From assembly GCA_965648915.1 (NCBI GenBank), contig CBFGIV010000003.1, positions 56,905 to 120,904 on the forward strand: DNA of 64,000 nt, given 5' to 3'. Positions within the stretch are counted from its first letter, which is position 1. Each line of letters begins with the position of its first letter. This stretch comes from a candidate division WOR-3 bacterium (GTDB lineage: Bacteria; Hydrothermota; Tepidihabitantia; SM23-42; CAYGYG01). Position numbers and translations under genes: made by a program. Under the pieces are notes generated by a model that was given only the letters and a program-made list of their open reading frames with translations, did no database searches and was not told where the DNA came from. Shown piece by piece: positions 1 through 9,999 of the stretch.

Positions 1-256
1 AATTTAAATAGATTGAGTCTTTAAGAACGATAATCTTGATCTGGGGCTGGTAACCGATAAGGCTAACTTTCAACTGATATCGGCCGGTCGGAAGATCCGG
101 CATATAAAACAGCCCCTGCCGATCTGTTGATGTTCCTCTACCTGTGCCGGGGATTGTAATATTAACATTGGGTAAAGGTTGGTGTGTCTCGCTGTCGACA
201 ATGTGACCGCTAACAGTTGCAGCCAAGATAAAAAAGAATACCAACATAAAAAGCAC
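1..256 (-). CDS. N-terminal part of a secreted protein with a carboxypeptidase-regulatory-like (CarboxypepD_reg) domain, probably a TonB-dependent receptor; runs off the window edge
   Basis: Not in the ORF track. Manual translation from GTG at 256 (alternative ATG at 247): MLFMLVFFFILAATVSGHIVDSETHQPLPNVNITIPGTGRGTSTDRQGLFYMPDLPTGRYQLKVSLIGYQPQ..., i.e. a signal peptide plus the G-x-V-x-D..PL..V...GT.TD..G.F....G.Y.L.VS.IGY pattern. The start overlaps the upstream TAG (TAGTG). Confidence 0.8.
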   Translation of the reverse strand, partial: MLFMLVFFFILAATVSGHIVDSETHQPLPNVNITIPGTGRGTSTDRQGLFYMPDLPTGRYQLKVSLIGYQPQIKIIVLKDSIYLN

Positions 257-1548
257 TAACCGAGAACAATTAATTTAAGGATATTTGTATATTTACAATT
301 TTTAAAAATCAGGAAATAGGCACCGGGTGATAAGCTTGCTTTTACTAAATTTAGAGAATGCTCCCCTCTATTTCTCTTACCAGCAAATATTCTTTTTATC
401 TTTTTACCCGTAAGGTCATAGAGATCAATGATTATATAAGATTCTTCCTGGAGATAGAAATGGAGAGTGGTATTATTGTTAAAAGGGTTGGGCAGGGCCG
501 AGAAGCCATTTTTTACTGGTGAGTTGACGGTTAAGAAATCGCTTATTCCGATAAGATTCACTCGTCCCCTTTCGATCGAATTTATCCCGGTTCCATTCCA
601 TCCACAGACGACATAAAGAGAACAGCCTTTTTGGGTACCCCCGTGGGAACGGCGTGCAGTTCTGATCGGCGTCTCATTTGACCAGTATGGGTAGCGGCAA
701 TCTTTTTTCTGAACCGCATTCAGATAACTTGAACGATCCTGCCCGCCGATAATAAACATCATCAATCCGGTATCGGGTGTATTGATAATATGGCCCGACG
801 CCCAGAAGGTGGGGAGATTCATTGAGTCTGATTTTATTATCCAGGTATCACCAGGGCAGAAATAGGCATATACTGATCGGGTGCCGTTAGGATAATTGGT
901 TGAACCACCACAGATAAAGATCGTATCCCCGATCGGTATAGCGCATACTGCCATCTTGGGTACCGGCATCGGTCTTTTGACTGACCAGGTGTTACTGATC
1001 GGGTCATAGCACCAGGTTTCGTCGGTAAAGAGGGTGTCATATTTTATACCCCCGAACATATAAATCTTACCATTCCAGGTGGCAAACTGATAATAATAAT
1101 GGGGGACACCCTGATTGGGCATCTTGCCGATTATCGTCCAGGTATTACTGTTTAGATCGATTAAGGTCAGATCATCAGTAAAGTTTGATCCCTGACGTCC
1201 ACCGCCAACATATATCTTTGAACCGAGGGCAACTGCTGAATGGTTATGGACACCACCTCCGCCCGGATAGGTCAAGCCTCTCTGCCAGGTATTGGTGAGG
1301 GGATCATAAACCTCGTCAAAAGGGTGTGAACCATGGGTTGGGCAGTTACCGCAGATCAAATGAATTTTATTATCCGACCCCAGAATCGCAACCGTCCTTG
1401 AGACGGCGCAGGTGGGAATTGGGACCATATATTCCCAGGTAATGGAGAATGGTCCTGCAGGGGTTGATGCTTCGCAAATAATAGGCTTACTAAGAAAATC
1501 ATCAGGGGGTGGTGCCACTGTAAGGAGGAAAAATATTATAATCTTCAC
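256..1548 (-). CDS. Kelch-repeat beta-propeller protein with T9SS-type (Por secretion) C-terminal domain
   Basis: Repeated Kelch motifs (KIYVGGG, KIYMFGG, IFICGG, YDP..NTW); C-terminal PNPFN...YDLTGK...LSPGAYFL; hydrophobic N-terminus. Confidence 0.85.
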   Translation of the reverse strand: MKIIIFFLLTVAPPPDDFLSKPIICEASTPAGPFSITWEYMVPIPTCAVSRTVAILGSDNKIHLICGNCPTHGSHPFDEVYDPLTNTWQRGLTYPGGGGVHNHSAVALGSKIYVGGGRQGSNFTDDLTLIDLNSNTWTIIGKMPNQGVPHYYYQFATWNGKIYMFGGIKYDTLFTDETWCYDPISNTWSVKRPMPVPKMAVCAIPIGDTIFICGGSTNYPNGTRSVYAYFCPGDTWIIKSDSMNLPTFWASGHIINTPDTGLMMFIIGGQDRSSYLNAVQKKDCRYPYWSNETPIRTARRSHGGTQKGCSLYVVCGWNGTGINSIERGRVNLIGISDFLTVNSPVKNGFSALPNPFNNNTTLHFYLQEESYIIIDLYDLTGKKIKRIFAGKRNRGEHSLNLVKASLSPGAYFLIFKNCKYTNILKLIVLG

Positions 1549-1605
1549 ATAATAAAATATACTATAAAAAGATAAATGTCAATACAAAATTTCTAATATT
1601 TATTC

Positions 1606-1633
1606 TTGAATTCGCGAGTAATTTAAGTATAAT
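1606..1633 (+). promoter_or_regulatory. sigma-70-type promoter, probably leaderless
   Basis: TTGAAT-16 nt-TATAAT, 6 nt before ATG 1640; no SD. Confidence 0.6.
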
Positions 1634-1639
1634 TATATT

Positions 1640-2275
1640 ATGATTAAGACTCTTCTGATAGGCCTGCTGGCATTTTATGTTGTTGAAGCCAAAGGGATTG
1701 AGGTTTCAGAATTTGTCTGGGATTTTGGTGCGATCCCGACCAATGCCTATGCCCATCATACTTTTATTCTTAAGAATATACGCTCGATACCGATAAAGAT
1801 AAAGAAGATTCGACGATTTTGCGGTTGCCTCATATTTTCGCTCTCAGACACAATCCTCTATCCAGATGTTCTCACTTATTTAAATGTTGGCTATTTCAGC
1901 GGCACCAAATCAACAAATGAGAAGAATAAAATATATATAACAACCGATGATCAAGAGGATATGGTATTAAAATTTACCGTCACCGCCGAAGTTGGTAAAG
2001 AGATCACTGGAATCCAGGTTGAACCGAAAAGATTAAAGGTCTTCGATCTCAAAAAGACATCATTGAAGTTTTATAATGCCTCTGACCATCCTGCACCATT
2101 AAAGGTTATCTATGCAACAAAAGGTATTGAGGTCGATCCAGAAACAACAACAATCAATCCCAGGGAGAATATAAAGATTTCAATTACTTCAAAATATAAG
2201 GTCTTTGATGAGAAACCTTCTATTTTATTTGAAATAAAAGGTTCAAGAATCACAATCCCGATTGATTTGAAATAA
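1640..2275 (+). CDS. DUF1573-like (Ig-fold) secreted protein
   Basis: Signal peptide, then WDFGAI...HTFILKN...I.IKKI...CGC, the DUF1573 pattern. Confidence 0.75.
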   Translation: MIKTLLIGLLAFYVVEAKGIEVSEFVWDFGAIPTNAYAHHTFILKNIRSIPIKIKKIRRFCGCLIFSLSDTILYPDVLTYLNVGYFSGTKSTNEKNKIYITTDDQEDMVLKFTVTAEVGKEITGIQVEPKRLKVFDLKKTSLKFYNASDHPAPLKVIYATKGIEVDPETTTINPRENIKISITSKYKVFDEKPSILFEIKGSRITIPIDLK

Positions 2276-2300
2276 AAAAGGGGCCCTTTCGGGCCCCTTC
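2274..2300. terminator. Rho-independent terminator between convergent genes
   Basis: AAGGGGCCC-TTTC-GGGCCCCTT hairpin; A-run on the left gives a U-tract on the minus strand. Confidence 0.85.
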
Positions 2301-2316
2301 TGTTATAGATATCACC

Positions 2317-4428
2317 TTATCTCACGACCACCAGTTTCTTAACCGTGCTTTCGTTCTCATGCGTGTAGTTGACAAAGTAAATACCTGAGGCAAGTTTCCG
2401 GGTATCAATATTGATGGACTTAACTCCAGCCTTTTCATTGCCATCGACCAAGGTGTTAACCAGTGAACCAGTAGCATCATAGATTTTGAGTGTAACATTT
2501 GCCGGATGAGGCAGACCATAAGTGATGCGGGCAAAATTACGGGCATGCGAGGCTACATCGAGGGTGAAGTTTGAAGGTACCACTGCAGGATCTTCTTCAG
2601 ATATGCTGACCGGGCTATAACCACGCCAGTGGGCATAGATATTGGTTACCCGATATGTTCCACCATTCGATCTCAGTTCGAGAACGAACGGGATGATCGA
2701 CTCAGCCGCCGGGATTGTGGAGAGGACGCGGAACTGGAAGTAGTCGGTTCCATTATGACCCTTGCGGTTCGCACCACCAACGCTGTCGAGGTCGCCAAAT
2801 GTTCCAAGTGAATCCTCGATCACTGCATAGGTGAAGCCGGGGCGTAGACGGAGCACACCAGTAATCCCGGTTGCTCTGCGGCCACCCGCACTCCAGATCG
2901 TGTCAACCATCCGGACCCGCTCACCTGGATCAGCCCGACCATTGTTATTACCATTACCCCAGTTGTCAATGATGGCATGGCGGTAATAAGCCAGACTCGG
3001 ACTTCGAGGCATTACCTGCAGGAGTCGAGCCATATCGATAATACCCCAGCCATAGGTACTATCTTCACCTGGTGTCCCTTTGTCTCGTGCAGTATACATC
3101 ATCAGTTTCTTCAATGTATCGGCACCGATATTGGTATTATACTGACGCATCAGTAAGAAAGCACCAGCCACATGGGGACCAGCCATTGAGGTTCCGGACA
3201 TTGTTCCGTAGTTATTCGGTCCAGTCCTTAAACAGGATCGGACATTAACACCCGGTGCAACCACTTCGGGTTTGCATCTGGTAGCAGGATTGTACATTGT
3301 GCAGTCAGTTGGACCACGGCTCGACCAGCTTGCGATATTCTCAGCATTATCAACGGCACCAACTGCATAGTTCAGAGTGAAAGTTGAGCAGATATTGGCT
3401 GGACTGCGATGGGTCTGGCGGGCTGGACCTTCATTGCCGGCAGAGTACTCAACGATACAACCAGCTGCTTCAAGCCGGTAGATCTCAGCATTCCATCTTC
3501 GGTCGCAATCCTGATAACCGGTAAACCGTGCATCAATACCCCAGGAGTTCTGGCAGGCATCGGGCATATCATAGACCGTCGCTGGATTGCCATCCGGGTC
3601 TGCAGCCCAGGTATAGGCTTCACGGACATCAGCATCAAAACCTGAGCCTACACCCTGATTTATTGCATTATCCGCAATCCACTGTCCACCAGGTGCCATA
3701 CCGACGGTATCACCCGGATAACCACCAACCATTGTCCCACAGCAGTGGGTACCATGGCCATAGGTATCCTGAGGATTGGGTTGGCTACCGAGCGCATCTT
3801 TCCAAGCCTGGGCTAATGTTGCACCATTACGACCACGCCAGCGTCCAACCAGACAGGTATGCTGGAGATAGACACCGGTATCGAGACAGAAGGTGAGCCT
3901 TCCCAGACCATCGATCCCTCTCCGCCAGCAGGAGTCAGCCCGGACCATTGCCAGACCCCACTCATAGGCAAAGGTCTGGTCCGGAGCAGGTCCAACACTC
4001 ACCGGCTTGATTAACTCGACCGGCAGGTCGCGGTAGATGATGTCGACATCGGGCCGGTTGACAACCTTCTCGAGAACCGACTTCTTGCACTCAAGGGCAA
4101 TTGAGTTGGAAAGCCAGAAGGAACGGATGCGACGGATATTGCCGCTCGCCTTCTCCTTGTTGAGAAAGGCAAGGATATCTTTCTGACTCTCATTACACTT
4201 ATTCATCAGGGCACTGCAGATGACATAGTGCCTCTCCTGGCGGTCGGCATTCCGGGCATTTAATTCGGCCTCGAGTGCGGGCACATCGACCTGGTCCGCC
4301 ATAATCACGATTGCCCTGACTTCAGCGTCATCGGGCAGGGTCTGGAGATACTCTTCAAACGGCGGCTCATAATAACCGGCCAGAACCAGACCAATCGCCA
4401 TCATAACCAAAAACGACACTCGCTTCAT
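2317..4428 (-). CDS. S8 (subtilisin / bacillopeptidase F-like) serine peptidase with propeptide and T9SS-type C-terminal domain
   Basis: Catalytic triad motifs LDTG, HGTH, SGTSMA; signal peptide; C-terminal LKIYDATGSLV...LASGIYF; SD AGGAGG. Confidence 0.95.
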   Translation of the reverse strand: MKRVSFLVMMAIGLVLAGYYEPPFEEYLQTLPDDAEVRAIVIMADQVDVPALEAELNARNADRQERHYVICSALMNKCNESQKDILAFLNKEKASGNIRRIRSFWLSNSIALECKKSVLEKVVNRPDVDIIYRDLPVELIKPVSVGPAPDQTFAYEWGLAMVRADSCWRRGIDGLGRLTFCLDTGVYLQHTCLVGRWRGRNGATLAQAWKDALGSQPNPQDTYGHGTHCCGTMVGGYPGDTVGMAPGGQWIADNAINQGVGSGFDADVREAYTWAADPDGNPATVYDMPDACQNSWGIDARFTGYQDCDRRWNAEIYRLEAAGCIVEYSAGNEGPARQTHRSPANICSTFTLNYAVGAVDNAENIASWSSRGPTDCTMYNPATRCKPEVVAPGVNVRSCLRTGPNNYGTMSGTSMAGPHVAGAFLLMRQYNTNIGADTLKKLMMYTARDKGTPGEDSTYGWGIIDMARLLQVMPRSPSLAYYRHAIIDNWGNGNNNGRADPGERVRMVDTIWSAGGRRATGITGVLRLRPGFTYAVIEDSLGTFGDLDSVGGANRKGHNGTDYFQFRVLSTIPAAESIIPFVLELRSNGGTYRVTNIYAHWRGYSPVSISEEDPAVVPSNFTLDVASHARNFARITYGLPHPANVTLKIYDATGSLVNTLVDGNEKAGVKSINIDTRKLASGIYFVNYTHENESTVKKLVVVR

Positions 4429-4584
4429 CTTAACCTCCTAATTGTTTAGAGTGTCACAATTTCAAACCAAAACATCGGATTATCTCCCACCCCATGTAAT
4501 AAGTATCTAATTTTATCTATCTTTTTTATATTGTCAATACTTTTTTTCATCATCTGGAGAGAGAAATCGACTATATTCTTCAGA

Positions 4585-5088
4585 CTACTGCCGGTCTTTT
4601 TCCATCTCTAATTCAATCAATACCTGATTGGCGTCGACTTTGGCACCGGCCTGGATATTTACTTTTTTTATCTTCCCTTTCATCGGCGAGCGCATCTGAT
4701 TCTCCATCTTCATCGCCTCAACAATCACCAGGATCTGACCCGGTTCAACCTCTTGACCCTCTTCTACCTCTACTTTCACTACAACCCCGGGCATAGGTGC
4801 GGTAATTAAGTTATCCACCGGATGTTCAATCACCGCCTTCAACTCTGCCTCCTGCACCACTTCAACCTCATAGATCTTTGAACCCCGGGCTAAATAAATC
4901 TTCTTCTCATCATAAACTGTATAGATATTGTATCTTTTATTGCTGATGGTTAAGTATAATTGATTCTCACTGATAAATCTTCCCTCGGCCTGATAATTCT
5001 GGTCACCAATCGCGATCAAGTACTTTCCTTCTTTCTCTTCGATCGTGCCGTTTATTGGCTGCCGATTGATCCTGAGGTTAAACTTCAT
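4585..5088 (-). CDS. Biotin carboxyl carrier protein (with N-terminal BT-like domain) of an acyl-CoA carboxylase
   Basis: ITAPMPG...EAMKMEN biotinylation motif; overlaps the end of the biotin carboxylase gene. Confidence 0.95.
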   Translation of the reverse strand: MKFNLRINRQPINGTIEEKEGKYLIAIGDQNYQAEGRFISENQLYLTISNKRYNIYTVYDEKKIYLARGSKIYEVEVVQEAELKAVIEHPVDNLITAPMPGVVVKVEVEEGQEVEPGQILVIVEAMKMENQMRSPMKGKIKKVNIQAGAKVDANQVLIELEMEKDRQ

Positions 5089-6584
5089 CTACCTATCTCC
5101 CAATCACCGATGGTTAACCAGGGGTCGGGAAGAGACTTTTCCAGTAAATTCAATCTTTTCTGACCGATCTTCATCTGTGTTAGGATAGCGCTGGCAACAA
5201 CAATCGGTTCTGGTATGGTCTCGATTTCCGTTTGAACTTTTTTTCTTTCAAAATACTTATCGACAAAATGGGTTGAGATACGACCGGCTCTATAATCGCC
5301 ATCCATTAAAACATCCTTGAGAAAACTGACGGTCGATTTAATACCGAGAATGACATAGTCATCAAGTGCAGCAATCAATCGCTGCCGGGCGATCTCTCTT
5401 GTCTCTCCCCAGGCGATGAGTTTAGATAGTATCGGATCGTAATAGGGACTGATCTCAATTCCCGAATAGAGGCCTGAGTCACAACGGATACCAGGGCCAG
5501 TTGGTTCCCGGACAAAAATAATCTTGCCCGGAGAGGGAATAAAATTATTAGCCGGATCCTCCGCATAAATTCGACACTCAATGGCATGACCCCGCTGCCT
5601 CAGTTCATTCTGTCTTATCGACAGCCGCTCACCCGAGGCGATCAATATCTGTTGCCGGACAAGATCGATGCCGGTGACCATCTCGGTAATGGGATGCTCA
5701 ACCTGGAGTCGAGCATTAACTTCGAGGAAGTAGAAATTTCTATTGCGGTCGAGAAGAAATTCAACGGTCCCGGCATTGGTATAACCAACTGCCTGAGCAA
5801 CCTTAACCGCGGTCGCTCCCATCTTAGCCCTTAAGTCCTCATCCATTATGGTTGATGGGGTCTCTTCAATAATCTTCTGATGGCGTCGCTGAATCGAACA
5901 CTCCCGTTCAAAGAGATGAATGATATTACCATACCGATCACCGAGTATCTGAAACTCAATATGGCGTGGTTCATCAATATACTTTTCCAGATATATTGAT
6001 TCATCGCCGAAGGAAGATTTTGCCTCACGCATACCGGCCGCAACCGCATCTTTGAGTTCACTTTCCGAACGAACAATCCGCATTCCCTTTCCCCCTCCTC
6101 CCAGTGAAGCCTTGATAATCACCGGATAACCTACCTCCTGTGCCCCTCTTAAAAAATCATCCATATCCCTTCCAACAAACTGCATCCCCGGAATAATCGG
6201 TATTCTCTCTTTAACCACGGTATTGCGCGATTCAACTTTATCGCCGACCAATTTAAGGGCCCGGGCATCAGGGCCGATGAATGTAAGCCCGGCATCTTTA
6301 CACCGCTGGGCAAATTGATAATTCTCAGCAAGAAATCCATAGCCCGGGTGGATACCATCACAGTTGGTCTCCAGTGCTGCCTTAATGATATTATCAATAT
6401 TGAGATAACTCTCAAGCGGTGCCGGGCCGCCAATACAGACTGCTTCATCTGCCATCTGGACATGAAGCCCATCCCGATCGATCGATGAATATACCGCGAC
6501 AGTCGGGATCGACATCTCCCGGCAGGCGCGGATAATCCTTACTGCAATTTCACCGCGATTGGCAATCAATATCTTTCTCAGCAT
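5085..6584 (-). CDS. Biotin carboxylase subunit of an acyl-CoA (probably 3-methylcrotonyl-CoA) carboxylase
   Basis: KILIANRGEIA, HPGYGFLAEN, GGGGKGMR, ERECSIQRRHQK, RLQVEHP. ATG 6584 preferred over GTG 6596. Confidence 0.95.
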   Translation of the reverse strand: MLRKILIANRGEIAVRIIRACREMSIPTVAVYSSIDRDGLHVQMADEAVCIGGPAPLESYLNIDNIIKAALETNCDGIHPGYGFLAENYQFAQRCKDAGLTFIGPDARALKLVGDKVESRNTVVKERIPIIPGMQFVGRDMDDFLRGAQEVGYPVIIKASLGGGGKGMRIVRSESELKDAVAAGMREAKSSFGDESIYLEKYIDEPRHIEFQILGDRYGNIIHLFERECSIQRRHQKIIEETPSTIMDEDLRAKMGATAVKVAQAVGYTNAGTVEFLLDRNRNFYFLEVNARLQVEHPITEMVTGIDLVRQQILIASGERLSIRQNELRQRGHAIECRIYAEDPANNFIPSPGKIIFVREPTGPGIRCDSGLYSGIEISPYYDPILSKLIAWGETREIARQRLIAALDDYVILGIKSTVSFLKDVLMDGDYRAGRISTHFVDKYFERKKVQTEIETIPEPIVVASAILTQMKIGQKRLNLLEKSLPDPWLTIGDWEIGR

Positions 6585-9500
6585 AGAATCGCTCACACTC
6601 TCTTAATTTATGGTCTAATTTAAGTGACTGGTAGATATCCCGGGCGACCATGAGGTAACGGTCAACAGTCTTGCTCTCTTTACCAAATCTTTTAAGCAGG
6701 GCTGCATAATTTAAACTTGTGTCCGCAAGGAGTCGCTTCCGCCCAATTTTATCGAATAGTTCAATTGCCTTTTGATAATTTTCCGCCGATCGGGTAAAAT
6801 CGGCTTTAGTAGCATAAATCTTGCCGTAAACAAAATAACAATAGGCCTCACCCGATTTTGACCCTAACTCTCGGGCATACCTCAGGGCGTTGTCAACATA
6901 TTCCAATATCTGCTCGAGATGAAATTCACCTTTGGCCAGCGCCAATTGAACCATAAGGAGATACCAGGTTTTTAAAACATCTTTACTTTGAATCTCACCA
7001 ATAACCTTCTCTGCCCTTAATAAATATTCTTCAGCCTTACGCAATTCTCCCATCTCAAGGTATACATCAGTTAGAGAACAGCACGCTTCACCGATCCGAA
7101 ACTTATCCTGTGAATCCTCAGCAGTCTTTAAAAATTTCTGAATCTCTTCAATCGCCCGGGCATATCTGCCCATCTCCTTATAGACATTGCCCAGACAACC
7201 ATAGGCTAAGCCAATGCTCTTCTCACTACCACACTCTTCGGCAATGGCCAGATCTTTAAGATAGAAGTCAATCGCCTTTTCGTATTCACCTTTATAGAAA
7301 TGGATATCGCCTAAATTATTGTAGGCAATGCCTGAACCATTTTTATGGCCGATCTCTTCACATATCGCCAATTTTTTCTGAAAAAGTTCCTGCGCCCGTT
7401 CATAATCGCCCTGATCCATATAGACCAGACCTAAATTATTCAGGGCAATGCTCACTCCGCGTTTGTAATCTAAGTCGATGTAAATATCAAAGCTCTCTTT
7501 ATAAAATTGAATTGCCCTCTGGTAATCACCTTTTACCCAGCAGGATAATCCTAAATTGTTATAGGCACGTGCAATTATCCGCTTCTTCTCCTTTTCATCG
7601 ATATTAAAACCCTTGACGATCTCAATCTCCTTCATCGTCTCTTCGATCGCCTTATCGATCATTCCTAATGTCCGATAGGTCGAACATCGGAATATCCGGA
7701 TCTCTGACCGTTCAAGCATATCATCGAGTGAGTCACCCCTGATCTCAGCTTCAGCCTTATCCAGCATCTTCAACCCTTCATCGGTCTTACCCCGCTCACT
7801 CAATATGAGGGCAATCTTCCTTTTCGCTCTTGCCTTAACAGATCCCTCGCGGGCATATGCGGTGATTAAACTAAAATGGTCGATTGCCCGATTGTAATCA
7901 CCTTTTATGTCGTATAAATCACCCAGGGCTTCGTTGGCAACAATAAAATCCTGGTAGTGACTATCCATATTTTGCTTAATAAAAACCAATGCATTTTGGA
8001 AATTTCTGATTGCCTCATCATTGGCCCAGCGTTCCTTTGCTTTTTTACCGGCCCTTATTAACCACTCAATTGCCTTCTCCGGATCATTACTATTGTTGTA
8101 TTGGTGAGCAATTACTTCGGTCAACTCTTCTAATCGGTCGGGGTATCTCTTCTCAATTAACGAACCGATCTGTCGGTGTAGTTCCATACGCTTCTTCTTC
8201 AAAAGCGTCTGGTAGACAACTTCATGGACAACCGGGTGGCGAAACTGATAGCAGTATTTAGAATCCACGCGTTCCTGTTTAATAAATTCGAAGGCCTCTA
8301 AGGTGCTGAGATGAAGACTCAAAATTAGAGAGTCAACATTACAGAGGGCTTCAAGGATATCTATTTCAAAATTTTTTCCAATCACTGATGCCAGCTGGAG
8401 AACCTCTTTCAGTTCGGCTTCCAGCCGATCGAGCCGGGCAATAATTACCGACTGGACTGTATCCGGAATTTTAATCGAAGCAACATCGGTTGTTAACCGC
8501 CATACGCCATCAGTGAAAACCAGAAAGCCTGCGTCGATCAGGGAACGGATAATCTCTTCAAGAAAAAATGGGTTACCTTCAGCCTTGGCCAGTATCCGGT
8601 CTTTAAAGTTTTCAGTAATACCAGGGATTTTCAGAAGGTTATAAACCAGCATCGAACTTGCTTCATATTCCAGTGGTTTGAGGGTAACCTCAAGAAATAT
8701 ACTATTCAACCCCTTACCAATTCTTTCTTTTACTCGATAACACTCGGTGCCACGTTCGATGCGCGAAAGACAGATAAAGGCTACGGCCGGTAGATCGGAT
8801 GATTGGATAAGATATTCAAGAAGTTCCAGCGATTCGGGGTCAATCCAATGATAATCTTCAATAATGATGAGGACCGGTTCTTTGCGGGCAAAGGCATCGA
8901 TCAATCTCCGCATACTTGAAAAGATTTGAATCTTAATACTACCCGGATCAAGATATTTTACTTTTTCATCCAGTTCCCCTTCGAAACGGATCGCAAACAT
9001 ATAAGCAATGTAGGGCAATATCTCTTTATAACTTTCACCCAGGATTTGGGGGCCTAGACTGAGAAGTTTCTCTCTGATACTATCGTTTGAATCCTTCTCT
9101 GAAATATTAAACATACTTCTCAAAATACTCAAAAAGGGATGGTAAAAAAGGCTCTTGCCGTAAGAAAGGCACCTCCCTTCAAATACGGTGAAGGGCCGCT
9201 TTTCTCTATCAAGTGATTTTATCACCTCGGCAACGAGCCGGGATTTCCCAACACCCGCTTCGCCCGTGACAAAGATAACCCTCTTTTCTCCCGAAGATGA
9301 CTCACTGATAGTTTTTCGTAACAACTCCAGTTCGCGGTCACGGCCGACCATCGGTGAGTATAATTCTTGAATCCCCCGTTTGGGTAACGGCTTAGATTTT
9401 ATTCGGAGCAGTTTAAATAGACGAACCGGCTGATCAATCCCTTTTATCATCTGTGACTCAATCGGTTCATAGTCAAAAAGATAACGGGTCATACGATAGG

Positions 9501-9999
9501 TTACTTCAGAAGTTAAGATTTCACCATTTTGTGCCCGATCCTTAAGTCGCGAAGCAAAATTGACAACATCGCCCATCACCGAATACTCACGCTTCTCGGC
9601 AGTCCCAACCTCACCCACATAGACTGTTCCGGTGTGAATACCGATATGGAGACCGAGGGTATTCTCGATCTTGAGTTTCGATCTTAATGACTTATTTATC
9701 TCGGGGAGATAGGCCATCATCTCCAGCGCCGCTTTGACTGCCCGCTCTGGATCATCTTCAAGTGCTTGAGGCAATCCAAAAAGGGCAATAACCAGATCCC
9801 CTTCATATTTATAGATTGTGCCTCCCTGATTTATGATTGCTCGATTTAAGTATTCGAAACAGAGATTAGCCACATCCCGGACCTCTTCTGGATCCAGTCT
9901 CTTTGAAATTGCGGTAAACCCTGAAAGGTCAGCAAAAACCAGACTCAAAAATCTCCGTTCACCTTCGATACCGCTTTTAATAACTCTATCTTTTCCCAT
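6550..9999 (-). CDS. Class III adenylate/guanylate cyclase + STAND-type P-loop ATPase + TPR repeats
   Basis: Cyclase motifs FADLSGFT, KYEGD, GDVVNFASRL; Walker A GEAGVGKS; Walker B IIIEDYHWID; AEGNPFFLEE; C-terminal TPRs (AYNNLG, ALNNLG). ATG 9999 is more likely than TTG 10041. Confidence 0.92.
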   Translation of the reverse strand: MGKDRVIKSGIEGERRFLSLVFADLSGFTAISKRLDPEEVRDVANLCFEYLNRAIINQGGTIYKYEGDLVIALFGLPQALEDDPERAVKAALEMMAYLPEINKSLRSKLKIENTLGLHIGIHTGTVYVGEVGTAEKREYSVMGDVVNFASRLKDRAQNGEILTSEVTYRMTRYLFDYEPIESQMIKGIDQPVRLFKLLRIKSKPLPKRGIQELYSPMVGRDRELELLRKTISESSSGEKRVIFVTGEAGVGKSRLVAEVIKSLDREKRPFTVFEGRCLSYGKSLFYHPFLSILRSMFNISEKDSNDSIREKLLSLGPQILGESYKEILPYIAYMFAIRFEGELDEKVKYLDPGSIKIQIFSSMRRLIDAFARKEPVLIIIEDYHWIDPESLELLEYLIQSSDLPAVAFICLSRIERGTECYRVKERIGKGLNSIFLEVTLKPLEYEASSMLVYNLLKIPGITENFKDRILAKAEGNPFFLEEIIRSLIDAGFLVFTDGVWRLTTDVASIKIPDTVQSVIIARLDRLEAELKEVLQLASVIGKNFEIDILEALCNVDSLILSLHLSTLEAFEFIKQERVDSKYCYQFRHPVVHEVVYQTLLKKKRMELHRQIGSLIEKRYPDRLEELTEVIAHQYNNSNDPEKAIEWLIRAGKKAKERWANDEAIRNFQNALVFIKQNMDSHYQDFIVANEALGDLYDIKGDYNRAIDHFSLITAYAREGSVKARAKRKIALILSERGKTDEGLKMLDKAEAEIRGDSLDDMLERSEIRIFRCSTYRTLGMIDKAIEETMKEIEIVKGFNIDEKEKKRIIARAYNNLGLSCWVKGDYQRAIQFYKESFDIYIDLDYKRGVSIALNNLGLVYMDQGDYERAQELFQKKLAICEEIGHKNGSGIAYNNLGDIHFYKGEYEKAIDFYLKDLAIAEECGSEKSIGLAYGCLGNVYKEMGRYARAIEEIQKFLKTAEDSQDKFRIGEACCSLTDVYLEMGELRKAEEYLLRAEKVIGEIQSKDVLKTWYLLMVQLALAKGEFHLEQILEYVDNALRYARELGSKSGEAYCYFVYGKIYATKADFTRSAENYQKAIELFDKIGRKRLLADTSLNYAALLKRFGKESKTVDRYLMVARDIYQSLKLDHKLRECERFYAEKDIDCQSR